Below are positions 16,837 through 24,551 of a stretch of DNA of 43,448 nt, in pieces. Every line of letters starts with the position of its first letter. The first letter of the stretch is position 1. The notes below the pieces were generated by a model. It made no database searches and was not told the DNA's origin. It was given only the letters and a program-made list of their open reading frames with translations. This DNA is from a virus: IMG/VR virus record IMGVR_UViG_3300017408_000001, positions 1-43,448 of that record, one strand, 5' to 3'. The position numbers and the translations under genes were made by a program.

Positions 16837-16838
16837 CC

Positions 16839-17777
16839 ATGCGCTTCCATATAACACGCGAGTTCTCGGCTGCACGGTCCGCTCATGCCGCCGCGTACGC
16901 CGCATGGGATGAGATCTCCGACAATCCTGACCCGCAGATTGCCGATCACTCGCCGGAAGCCAAGGCGGCGAGCCAAGCAGAATGCGAAGCGCTTGATGCC
17001 GTACTGTCCTTCGGCGCAACAACGCCGGCAGAGATCCAGGCCAAGCTCGCCTTTATGCGAGAGCGTGAAATCGACTCCTGCGCCACAGGTCACGCCGCTT
17101 GGATGGAGCAGATCGAGCGCGAGCTGATCGAGCTTCAGCGTCCGTGCGTCAGCCCTTCCATGGCACAGGCATTCGACGCATGGCGAGAAGCGTGGACGAC
17201 GTTCATTGAGAGCCCGGACGACGACCATAAGGCGCGGATAAGCGGCGAGACCTTCATCGCGTTGATGGACGCGCCCTGCTTCACTCCTGGCGACTTCATC
17301 ACGAAGGTCTATGTCAACCAGCTTGGCGAACATGGCCATACGCTTGGCGACGAAGACGCTGGCGCATTCCCCTTTGAGCTTGACCAACGACACCTGACTG
17401 GAAGCGGCGGCACGCACGATGATGCCGCGCAAGTTGCCTTGGCTCGGGACATCCGGGAATGTGACCTCGGCCGTTGCATGCTCGCGCTGGGGCGGGTCGA
17501 CTTTGATCCGGCGGATTGGGTTGCCGCCGCTCAGCGTGCGCAGATGGTGGTCTACGTTGCCATCCATCGGGATGGCACTCGATGGCTCTGCACTAGCGAG
17601 CCTGACGGTGACGCCAATGAAGGCCATGGCGATCGTTTTATCACCTGCCAAGCCCTGATAGCTGGCGGCCTTGGCGTAGTCGGTCAAGCCCGTCGTCAGG
17701 CAGTCATCGAACACATAATCGAACACGCACCCACGCTTCTCTTGGATTGCCGTGAGTGCGCGGAGGCAGCGGCATGA
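16839..17777 (+). CDS. Hypothetical 312-aa protein
   Basis: An AAGGAGG RBS precedes ATG 16839, which lies 2 nt after the previous stop. Confidence 0.65.
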   Translation: MRFHITREFSAARSAHAAAYAAWDEISDNPDPQIADHSPEAKAASQAECEALDAVLSFGATTPAEIQAKLAFMREREIDSCATGHAAWMEQIERELIELQRPCVSPSMAQAFDAWREAWTTFIESPDDDHKARISGETFIALMDAPCFTPGDFITKVYVNQLGEHGHTLGDEDAGAFPFELDQRHLTGSGGTHDDAAQVALARDIRECDLGRCMLALGRVDFDPADWVAAAQRAQMVVYVAIHRDGTRWLCTSEPDGDANEGHGDRFITCQALIAGGLGVVGQARRQAVIEHIIEHAPTLLLDCRECAEAAA

Positions 17778-17950
17778 TCGCCCGATGCGCCATGACTATC
17801 CACGCGATCTGCATAGCGTTGCAGATAGGCTTCTGCATCAACAGGCTGCTTCTCCATCCAGGCGACGCTACGCCGATTTGGCTGGGCATGATGCTAGCCC
17901 TGAACGTGGGATGCGCTCTCTCGTCATATCGCATGTTGCGGCAGCCATGA
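17774..17950 (+). CDS. Small hydrophobic protein (58 aa)
   Basis: ATGA overlap with the previous gene. A GGAGG RBS lies 7 nt upstream. There are two hydrophobic stretches: AICIALQIGFCI and IWLGMMLALNVGCAL. Confidence 0.5.
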   Translation: MIARCAMTIHAICIALQIGFCINRLLLHPGDATPIWLGMMLALNVGCALSSYRMLRQP

Positions 17951-18255
17951 CCCAGATAGGCAATTCAGTTCCCGCCAGCACCCACGCGGGAGTGTCGGCA
18001 ACGGCGATCCACGCTCCTCCCGCGCCGCCCCTGTTGGCCGAAGCATGGCTTCTCGCCTGGGGCCGCATAGGCGGCGCTGTCACCATCGGCACGGATGCGC
18101 GGATCTATCCGTGGTTCCGCCCCGGCATCGGCTGCGCTGATGACGACTGCGCCACTGTGCTGATGGCCGAGTTGATCGACACCCCCGGTTTACCGGCCGC
18201 CGTGCGTATCATTGTCGCGGCATCTCTTCATCCTAAGCGAAGGCGAGCAGCATGA
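17947..18255 (+). CDS. Hypothetical 102-aa protein
   Basis: ATGA overlap with the previous gene. The ORF-track frame is trimmed to this coupled ATG. Confidence 0.5.
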   Translation: MTQIGNSVPASTHAGVSATAIHAPPAPPLLAEAWLLAWGRIGGAVTIGTDARIYPWFRPGIGCADDDCATVLMAELIDTPGLPAAVRIIVAASLHPKRRRAA

Positions 18256-18368
18256 GCCCTGACGCCATAGTCCTAAGCCTCTTCGCGATGATCTGGATCG
18301 GATGGCCGCTGCACAACATCGCTCACGATCTGCGGCTCCTGCGTAAGCTGGCGAGGAAAGAACCATGA
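18252..18368 (+). CDS. Micro-ORF, 38-aa hydrophobic peptide (below the ORF-track cutoff)
   Basis: ATGA-coupled at both ends (18252 and 18365). Encodes MSPDAIVLSLFAMIWIGWPLHNIAHDLRLLRKLARKEP. Confidence 0.45.
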   Translation: MSPDAIVLSLFAMIWIGWPLHNIAHDLRLLRKLARKEP

Positions 18369-19345
18369 CTCAGCCTTTAAACTACACGATCAAGGCGATC
18401 GAGGATCTTCGGGCGCTTCGCGACAAGGGCACGTGGTCACCTCACGATCGCATGGGCATCGACTTCATCATCAGCAAGCTGATCAAGGCGGAGGTTTTCG
18501 TGCTGCCCGACTTGGGGCAGCTGCTCGATCGCACGAAGCCCCGGCCCGAGGTCGCAGGCGAAGTCTACCGTCCGCCGCACCCCATCGTAGCGCTCGAGTA
18601 TCAAAGCGCGGTACCCGGCTGGACCCCAACATCGGAGTATGATGCTGCCCCGTCATCGCGGCGCATAGCGCTCGCATGGGACTGGGACGGCGTGTTCCCT
18701 GGCCCCGCATCGGCCAAGGAGCAGCACGACGTAGGCGAAGGCGTCTTTGTCGCGTCCATCTCATACTACGACAATCTCGGCATCTGGGTGCCCACGGGCG
18801 CGGCGCTGATGATGGGCTATGAGGCGGAGTACCGTGTTCCAGATCCTAGCGCCTACCGCGACAGCATGGTCGCCAGCGGCAGGGTCTCGCGAAAGACGGC
18901 GCAGGCGCCGACGCTCGTCATCCGCGACATGATGACGCTGCTGCCCGACAGCATGATGCAGCAGATCAAGAAGACCGGCGAGCAGGCGGCAGTTCAGGCT
19001 TTCGCAGCCGACGTGATGGACGAAGCCAACGCCTATAGCGATCTCTGCCTGGCGCTCGCCTGCAACAACGTCTCGACGACCAGGAACGGCCAGCCGGACC
19101 GGCTGAACCGCGCTCGCATCAAAGCAGGCAAGATCCCGCTGAAGGATTTCCATGTCCTCAAGATTGCGGGCGGTGGCGACGGCGGTGACGCGGGTCAGCC
19201 GCTCGGCAGCGGCGGGGTTCGGTCGCACCTGCGACGCGGGCACGTACGCCGCCTAAGCGCTGACCGCATCACTTGGGTGAACGCCACCATGGTTCGCGGC
19301 TCCCGGCCGGGCTTCGCCGACAAGCTCTATCAGATCAACAGCTAA
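18365..19345 (+). CDS. Hypothetical 326-aa protein
   Basis: ATGA-coupled. The C-terminus has a basic H-x-RRGH-x-RR...W...V motif. No family recognised. Confidence 0.65.
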   Translation: MTQPLNYTIKAIEDLRALRDKGTWSPHDRMGIDFIISKLIKAEVFVLPDLGQLLDRTKPRPEVAGEVYRPPHPIVALEYQSAVPGWTPTSEYDAAPSSRRIALAWDWDGVFPGPASAKEQHDVGEGVFVASISYYDNLGIWVPTGAALMMGYEAEYRVPDPSAYRDSMVASGRVSRKTAQAPTLVIRDMMTLLPDSMMQQIKKTGEQAAVQAFAADVMDEANAYSDLCLALACNNVSTTRNGQPDRLNRARIKAGKIPLKDFHVLKIAGGGDGGDAGQPLGSGGVRSHLRRGHVRRLSADRITWVNATMVRGSRPGFADKLYQINS

Positions 19346-19354
19346 GGACCTGCC

Positions 19355-19612
19355 ATGGATACCATCATCAGTGCGGCGCCGATCGGGGCGCAGACGAAGA
19401 CCTTCAGCGGTAACTATCTCGTCTGGCGCAAGGTCGGGCAGAAGCTGCGCAAGGGCTCTCCCGGAGGAGCATCGGGCAATCCGCGTTTTCGCCACCCGAC
19501 GTTCGAGGCCGCTGAAACCGAGGCGCAACGTCTAGCCAGACTGTTCCCGGCCAGCACGTTCGTCATCTTGCAAGAGGTGGCACGGGTGAAGCTCAGCGAG
19601 GTGGCGACATGA
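19355..19612 (+). CDS. Hypothetical 85-aa protein
   Basis: ORF in the operon, 9 nt after the previous stop. Confidence 0.55.
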   Translation: MDTIISAAPIGAQTKTFSGNYLVWRKVGQKLRKGSPGGASGNPRFRHPTFEAAETEAQRLARLFPASTFVILQEVARVKLSEVAT

Positions 19613-19887
19613 AAGGCAGTGCTCAAGTGACGGACCCTGAGTTTCAGGACATGATCTCGCGCCTTATGGCTGCCGAAAAGGACCTGACTGACGACTTCTG
19701 GGCCGTCGCGTCCGTTCAAGTTCTTGCGGAGACCATGGCCGCAATCAAGGCTCGGCTGACGGATGAAGAGCTTGCCATGCTGATTGGTGTGGGGGCCGTA
19801 TTGATCCGCCTTAGCCGCGACGAGGCAATGGCGGGCGTCCGTGCTGGCCTGGCTATTCAGAGGGCTAAGCATAATGGCGGACGATAA
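19609..19887 (+). CDS. Hypothetical 92-aa protein
   Basis: ATGA overlap with the previous gene. Confidence 0.55.
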   Translation: MKGSAQVTDPEFQDMISRLMAAEKDLTDDFWAVASVQVLAETMAAIKARLTDEELAMLIGVGAVLIRLSRDEAMAGVRAGLAIQRAKHNGGR

Positions 19888-20341
19888 GGCACTAGCCGTC
19901 TTTACGCACGTCGAGGGGCTGTTGCCGCCGCTTCCCGAACTTGCGGATGCGCTGGAGGTGCAATGCGAGAAGGCCGGCGACCTCGGGCCGCAAATCAATC
20001 TGCCAGCGGTGTATGTAAGCATTATGATCCAAGCCTTCCGGCTTGAACGGCTGACGCGCCAGCACGATCAGATGCAAAACGTCATTAACCGGGCGGCTCG
20101 CAAACCTTCTGCACCATTGGTAGACGACCAGGCCATGGCGCTGGCCGTCCACCTTGCCAACGAGGCGATGGCGATGAGCTTTGAGCCTTTGGAAGCTGCT
20201 GGTGCGCTGTGGCACGCGGCCGCCACAATTGCCGTCGCCCACCTCCCTTCGGAGAATGCCCTGAGTGCCTTGGACGGCATGCACGCGATCGTGCGCGCAG
20301 ATGTCGCCGAGGCGATCGGAAAAGGAGCGACAAGGCAATGA
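19874..20341 (+). CDS. Hypothetical 155-aa protein
   Basis: ATG 19874 (MADDKALAVF...) overlaps the previous gene by 14 nt. Confidence 0.55.
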   Translation: MADDKALAVFTHVEGLLPPLPELADALEVQCEKAGDLGPQINLPAVYVSIMIQAFRLERLTRQHDQMQNVINRAARKPSAPLVDDQAMALAVHLANEAMAMSFEPLEAAGALWHAAATIAVAHLPSENALSALDGMHAIVRADVAEAIGKGATRQ

Positions 20342-20526
20342 GCCCGCCTCAACCCACCGGCGAGACCGTGATCTTTTTCCGCGAAAACATGTTCTACCCC
20401 ATCCAGCTTTCTGGTCTCAAGCCCAGCGCGAAGGAGGCGGCCGATCACGCCGCTTACAATCCCGGAACGTTGCGCATCGAGACCTTGGCCGGCGAAGTGC
20501 TCTGGCCAGAGGGAACCAAGCAATGA
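20338..20526 (+). CDS. Hypothetical 62-aa protein
   Basis: ATGA overlap. An AAAGGAG RBS lies upstream. Confidence 0.5.
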   Translation: MSPPQPTGETVIFFRENMFYPIQLSGLKPSAKEAADHAAYNPGTLRIETLAGEVLWPEGTKQ

Positions 20527-20822
20527 AGCGCCGTCACACCTGTCGCACCTGCGACCACTTCCGGCCAGGGGCGTCATCAAACATGAGCTGGCCCGCGCCG
20601 ATCGAAAGCGATGATGAACTGGGCGTCTGCGAGTACACCCAGCCGGAGCCGGCGCAGCTACCTATCGGAGGGCCATCCACAATCGGGCTGCAGCCGGTAG
20701 TTCACGAAAGCCGCTCGTGCGCGGAATACATGCCGCATGCCGATTACGATGGTGACGACGATGGCGGTGGCGAAACGGTCACAGCGTCCAACGGGAAGTC
20801 TATTCTCAAGGCCGTGGCATGA
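20523..20822 (+). CDS. Hypothetical 99-aa Cys-containing protein with acidic tail
   Basis: ATGA overlap. A CRTC pair plus two further Cys suggest a zinc ribbon. The C-terminus is DYDGDDDGGGE. Confidence 0.5.
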   Translation: MKRRHTCRTCDHFRPGASSNMSWPAPIESDDELGVCEYTQPEPAQLPIGGPSTIGLQPVVHESRSCAEYMPHADYDGDDDGGGETVTASNGKSILKAVA

Positions 20823-21037
20823 CCGGAGCGGCACAGCGCGACCGTCGGCGCGACAATCTCGTGCGCCTATCTGATGTGAAGGCCCGTACCGGCCTGTCAC
20901 GTTCAACCATCTACCGGCGCATGGGCGCTGGCACTTTCCCTGTGTCGCAGCCGCTCAGCACCGGCATGGTCGCTTGGTACGAGAGCGACATTGATGCGTG
21001 GGTTGCTGACCCTATGGGGTGGAGGGCGACGGCATGA
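20819..21037 (+). CDS. AlpA-family HTH regulator / excisionase candidate
   Basis: LVRLSDVKARTGLSRSTIYRRMGAGTFPVSQPLSTGMVAWYESDIDAWV matches the Phage_AlpA/HTH_17 pattern. It lies near int. Confidence 0.8.
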   Translation: MTGAAQRDRRRDNLVRLSDVKARTGLSRSTIYRRMGAGTFPVSQPLSTGMVAWYESDIDAWVADPMGWRATA

Positions 21038-21300
21038 GGATACCGGAGATCCGCGATCGGCTGCACCAGCTGGCCGACGAACATGGCATAGCTGAACTAC
21101 ATGACTTGGCCGAAGAAACCCGCCGACGGTCGCCGTTGCGCGTAGTTCGGGCGAGATGGCCCCGCCTGACGCCAGAGCAACAGCAGGCCGTTCGGTCGGA
21201 ATTCGAGGACAATCCCAGCCTAGGCGTGAAGGACTTAGCCGACCGGTTCAACACATCGATCGGCCGCATATCCGAGACGATAAGAGGCTTTAGATCATGA
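21034..21300 (+). CDS. Hypothetical 88-aa protein with C-terminal HTH-like segment
   Basis: ATGA overlap and a GGAGGG RBS. Contains LGVKDLADRFNTSIGRISETIRG. Confidence 0.5.
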   Translation: MRIPEIRDRLHQLADEHGIAELHDLAEETRRRSPLRVVRARWPRLTPEQQQAVRSEFEDNPSLGVKDLADRFNTSIGRISETIRGFRS

Positions 21301-21572
21301 GCGACCAGCCGACCAACCGGGATGAGGACTACCAGGATCAACTCGACCATCGGGCGCAACTACTGGCTAATCTAGCGGGTGAGCTAGTGGACGATCCCGA
21401 TGAGACATTAGGCTTACTTGCTCAGGCCCAGATGCTTGCCGCCATGGAGCACTTAACCCTGAAACAGTGGGCAGACGTTCAGCTTGAGACGGCCGAGAAC
21501 ATGTACGCGTCTATTCAAGCACGCCTGCTGGATGGAGAAGATGATAACTACAAGCCTCAGTTCCGTCGTTGA
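21297..21572 (+). CDS. Hypothetical acidic 91-aa protein
   Basis: ATGA overlap. Its 3' end overlaps the convergent int 3' end by 16 nt. Confidence 0.5.
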   Translation: MSDQPTNRDEDYQDQLDHRAQLLANLAGELVDDPDETLGLLAQAQMLAAMEHLTLKQWADVQLETAENMYASIQARLLDGEDDNYKPQFRR

Positions 21573-22858
21573 CCGTCCATCAGCGCGGCGGCGGGGGCCA
21601 TGTCCTTTATCAGCAGATCGGCCCATTCCTGCGATAGCTCGCGCCGCCGCTCCATGTGGCCGGCGCGATCGTAGGCGGCCTTGACCTTGTTCTCCGGCAC
21701 GTGAGCCAGCATCAGCTCGATCACGGCCGGGTCGCTCAAGCTCTTCCGCTTGACCGCCAGGCTGTTCATCGTCGTCGAGAAGCTGGATCGCCAGCCGTGC
21801 GGCACATGGCGCCCGAAGAACCCGACCCGGTTGTAGAGGTAGCCGATCGCGTTCTCGCTGATCGGCCGGTGGCTGTGGCGCTGACCGGGGAATACCAGCC
21901 GCCCACGCCCAGTGAGCCGGTACACGGCGCGCAGAACTTCGACGGCCTGCCAGCATAGTGGCACCTGATGCTCGAAATGTTCTTCGTCCTTCAGATCCAA
22001 GACCAGCTTCATGCGCTGCGCCGGGATTGTCCACGTAGGCAGGAAAGGGCCGAATGCGGTATCTTCCCAGTCGATGCCCTCGAACTCCGACCATTCGGCA
22101 CCGCGCACCATGCCTGGGCGCGACTGCGTGAGAGCGAGGAACCGCGAGGCCAGTTTGGTTACAGGTGAAGCGCCTGAAGCCTCGGCGGCGATCAGTACCT
22201 CGCGGGCCGCGTTCGGATCGGTAATTGCCGGCTGCTTGCCCTTCTTCGGCAACGGCTTGAGAGCCTTGCCGACGGCGGCGGCCGGGTCGACCGCCACGAT
22301 GCCTTCCGAGATCGCGTAGGAATAGACGGATGATATGCGCTGGCGCAGCCGCTTGGCCGTTTCGATGGAGCCCCTGTCCTCAACGGCGCGCAGAGCCTTC
22401 AGGACTAGCGGCGCATCGATTGTCACCAGCGGCTTCGCGCCCAGCGCCGGGAAGACGTCACGCTGCAGGCTGGTGATCACGTCGTCAGCATGGACCGGCG
22501 CCCAGCGCGGAGCCTGGAGCGCGAACCACGTGCGAGCGGCCTGCTCGAAGGTGACGAGCTTGGCCTGCTCGGCCTTCTCCTGCTCCTTGGCGTCCTGGGC
22601 GCGCTTGCGCGCACCTGACGGGTCTTCGTGGTTTCGGATCTTGCGCCTGGCCTCGTCGCGCCGCTCGCGCGCCTCGCTCAGCTTCACGTCGGGGTACGGC
22701 CCGAATGTCAGCAGCTTCTCCTTGCCGTGGAGCCGGAACTTCATGCGCCAGGACTTGAGACCCGTCGTTGCGACATACAGGTAGAGGCCGCCAGCGTCGG
22801 CCATCTTGTACGGCTTCTCGCGAGCGGCAGCGCCCTTCACTTCCTTGTCTGTCAGCAC
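21557..22858 (-). CDS. int: Tyrosine integrase, P4-like (DUF4102 N-terminal arm-binding domain)
   Basis: N-terminus LTDKEVKGAAAREKPYKMADAGGLYLYVATTGLKSWRMKFRLHGKEKLLTFGPYPDVKLSEARERRDEAR. The C-terminal catalytic region has HGWRSSFST and LAHV...Y. GTG start. Confidence 0.95.
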   Translation of the reverse strand: MLTDKEVKGAAAREKPYKMADAGGLYLYVATTGLKSWRMKFRLHGKEKLLTFGPYPDVKLSEARERRDEARRKIRNHEDPSGARKRAQDAKEQEKAEQAKLVTFEQAARTWFALQAPRWAPVHADDVITSLQRDVFPALGAKPLVTIDAPLVLKALRAVEDRGSIETAKRLRQRISSVYSYAISEGIVAVDPAAAVGKALKPLPKKGKQPAITDPNAAREVLIAAEASGASPVTKLASRFLALTQSRPGMVRGAEWSEFEGIDWEDTAFGPFLPTWTIPAQRMKLVLDLKDEEHFEHQVPLCWQAVEVLRAVYRLTGRGRLVFPGQRHSHRPISENAIGYLYNRVGFFGRHVPHGWRSSFSTTMNSLAVKRKSLSDPAVIELMLAHVPENKVKAAYDRAGHMERRRELSQEWADLLIKDMAPAAALMDGQRRN

Positions 22859-23115
22859 GATACCCCGACCTCCAATTCCAGTACCCCGCCTTGTGCCACC
22901 AATACCCCCAAGCTGGGGCGGAACAAAGCGAGACGCCTTGGAACTCGGCCTTATCGGAGAAATGGCGGAAAAGCTACCCTCTCGGGACAGTTTGGCATTG
23001 GTTGGAGAGCAGTCTTGGCGGAGCGGGAGCCCATCACAAGGTTAGCGATAATCCGCAGAACTCCGCCATTCGTCCGGCTGTGATCCAGAGTGATACCCCG
23101 ACCGATACCCCGACC
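22859..23115. other. Candidate attP region with arm-type repeats
   Basis: GATACCCCGACC occurs at 22859-22870, 23092-23103 and 23104-23115. Degenerate copies are AGTACCCCGCC (22880) and AATACCCCCAA (22901). The three left-arm TACCCC cores are spaced exactly 21 bp apart, and all copies share one orientation. Confidence 0.55.
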
Positions 23116-23485
23116 CAAAATGAGACGCGGCAGGAAGCTCTGGTTCGTCTGCGACATCGGGATCCAAACTCACGCGCATAACCAGGCCGAGCGTCGCATC
23201 TGGCAGGTGCGATCCTTTCACCCTCTCGACTATCGCCCGCACGTCATAGCCGCGATCCATCTTGCTGCCGATCCAGACGGCGCGGTCCCGGCGCAGGTAG
23301 CCGACGCGGACACCACGGCAGCTGAACACGGCCACCGCCATGCGATCGTGCGGGTTCTCGGGCTCCCGCACCAGATGCACCTGCTCGCCCGGCGCGCATA
23401 GCGCCAGCTCGGCCTGACGGCTGGTGCCGTCCTCGTTGTCAAACCACTCGCCGACCGCCGGCAAGCTGAAGTCGTTCCAACCCAT
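23042..23485 (-). CDS. Stand-alone HIRAN-domain protein
   Basis: GEQVHLVREPENPHDRMAVAVFSCRGVRVGYLRRDRAVWIGSKMDRGYDVRAIV matches the HIRAN pattern (...L.REP.NP.D..A..V....G..IGY...). The low-complexity C-terminal tail (GSGYRSGYHSGS) is encoded by the att-arm repeats. Confidence 0.7.
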   Translation of the reverse strand: MGWNDFSLPAVGEWFDNEDGTSRQAELALCAPGEQVHLVREPENPHDRMAVAVFSCRGVRVGYLRRDRAVWIGSKMDRGYDVRAIVERVKGSHLPDATLGLVMRVSLDPDVADEPELPAASHFGSGYRSGYHSGSQPDEWRSSADYR

Positions 23486-23502
23486 GCGCGTCTACTCTAT
23501 GA

Positions 23503-23527
23503 GAACATAAGTGGAACATGCTAGAAC
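23503..23527. promoter_or_regulatory. Putative LexA (SOS) box, alphaproteobacterial type
   Basis: GAAC-ATAAGTG-GAAC (23503-23517) matches GAAC-N7-GAAC exactly. A third GAAC lies at 23524-23527 after 6 nt. It is centred in the 75-bp divergent intergenic region. Confidence 0.5.
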
Positions 23528-23560
23528 GAAGTCAGTCGAGTCGCATAGAGGGATTTGCAC

Positions 23561-23953
23561 ATGGAAAATGCTTCGAAGCTGGACGAGTTGAGAGCCGAAG
23601 TGGCCAGGATCGAAAGCGAGCCGGGGTTTGACTTCGCGGCCTCGGTGCCGTCGCAGCGCCCTGCCCCCACGCCCGCTCCTGCGCCACTGCCGGACGAGCT
23701 ACCGCCTGTGGTCGGCCAGTTCGATGATGTCGCCGAGGTCGACGGCGCTCGCCAGCCGTTCGGCGCGTGGCTGCTCGAGCAGGGCCAGCGCAAAGGCTGG
23801 ATCGCCGACCTGGCCAAGTGGGCGAAGTCCGATCGGGGCTTCCCCAAGAACGGCAGCGTCGAGGATGTGCGCAAGCGACTTACGGCGGTCTATGCTGAGG
23901 GCGACGCGTACGAGGCGCTGGAAGATGCTGAGCTGGACTGGGCAGCGCTATGA
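23561..23953 (+). CDS. Protein with Pro-rich linker and C-terminal YozE-like SAM-like domain
   Basis: A GAGGGA RBS lies 7 nt before ATG 23561. The C-terminus FGAWLLEQGQRKGWIADLAKWAKSDRGFPKNGSVEDVRKRL...AYEALEDAELDW resembles the YozE_SAM_like pattern (F..WL...I..LA....D..FP....). Confidence 0.5.
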   Translation: MENASKLDELRAEVARIESEPGFDFAASVPSQRPAPTPAPAPLPDELPPVVGQFDDVAEVDGARQPFGAWLLEQGQRKGWIADLAKWAKSDRGFPKNGSVEDVRKRLTAVYAEGDAYEALEDAELDWAAL

Positions 23954-24273
23954 GCCCGACCGCCATCGTTGAGGGATCGGACGTCCGCGCCAAGGTACAG
24001 CAGCTGGCCAACGGGCGGCACGTGAGCCTCGCAAGCCTGTCGCGTCTGGTGGGCAAGAATGCCAGCTACCTGCAGCAGTTCGTGACGCGGGGTTCGCCGA
24101 AGCAGTTGGGCGAAGACGAGCGTCTGGTGCTGGCGCAGTTCTTCGGGATCGATGAGCGCGAACTTGGCGCGCGGGAGCCGTGGCACCCGGCGCAGGGCGC
24201 CAGCACTTGTAGACGCGAGGCTGCGGACAGGCGCATGACGGTTGAGGCGAGTCGGCCTGATCGCGGAGCGTGA
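23950..24273 (+). CDS. HTH-type putative transcriptional regulator (107 aa)
   Basis: ATGA overlap with the previous gene. SLASLSRLVGKNASYLQQFVTRGSPKQLGEDERLVLAQFFGIDEREL resembles XRE/phage-repressor HTH proteins. Confidence 0.5.
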   Translation: MSPTAIVEGSDVRAKVQQLANGRHVSLASLSRLVGKNASYLQQFVTRGSPKQLGEDERLVLAQFFGIDERELGAREPWHPAQGASTCRREAADRRMTVEASRPDRGA

Positions 24274-24275
24274 CG

Positions 24276-24476
24276 ATGACAAGCACTGAACTGGCGGATT
24301 GGAAGTATGCGAGCGAGTTCATGGCGCAATTCGGTGACGATGCGCCAGACGAGCTTCTTCGGCAGCTCAAGCATCTTAACGAGGTGGGCGACCATGAGGG
24401 TGGCCGCCGCCTGATCAAGCTGGTCGACCTGATCCAGGCACTTACGCCGGGTCCAGAGGATGGCGCGGCGAACTAG
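24276..24476 (+). CDS. Hypothetical acidic 66-aa protein
   Basis: GGAG lies 6-7 nt before ATG 24276. An in-frame GTG at 24270 overlaps the previous stop. Confidence 0.45.
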   Translation: MTSTELADWKYASEFMAQFGDDAPDELLRQLKHLNEVGDHEGGRRLIKLVDLIQALTPGPEDGAAN

Positions 24477-24487
24477 CACCAATGAAA

Positions 24488-24519
24488 AAGGGCGCCCTGG
24501 CCGAAGCCGGGACGCCCTT
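24488..24519 (-). terminator. Rho-independent terminator between convergent genes
   Basis: AAGGGCGCCC...GGGACGCCCTT forms a 7+3-bp stem with a one-base bulge. On the minus strand it is followed by TTTTTCATT, so it is oriented for the dam transcript. It probably also stops the plus-strand operon. Confidence 0.7.
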
Positions 24520-24551
24520 CTGCGTACATGGGGGAATGCACGGGCGGGCGC

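Noticed and set aside
23016-23031. tRNA-like 3' end (complement of CTCCCGCTCCGCCA) considered as a second tRNA gene or a definite tRNA-derived att core.
   Set aside because: No T-arm, anticodon arm or 5' acceptor strand can be drawn, so it is not a tRNA gene. I kept it only as a weak hint inside the attP finding.
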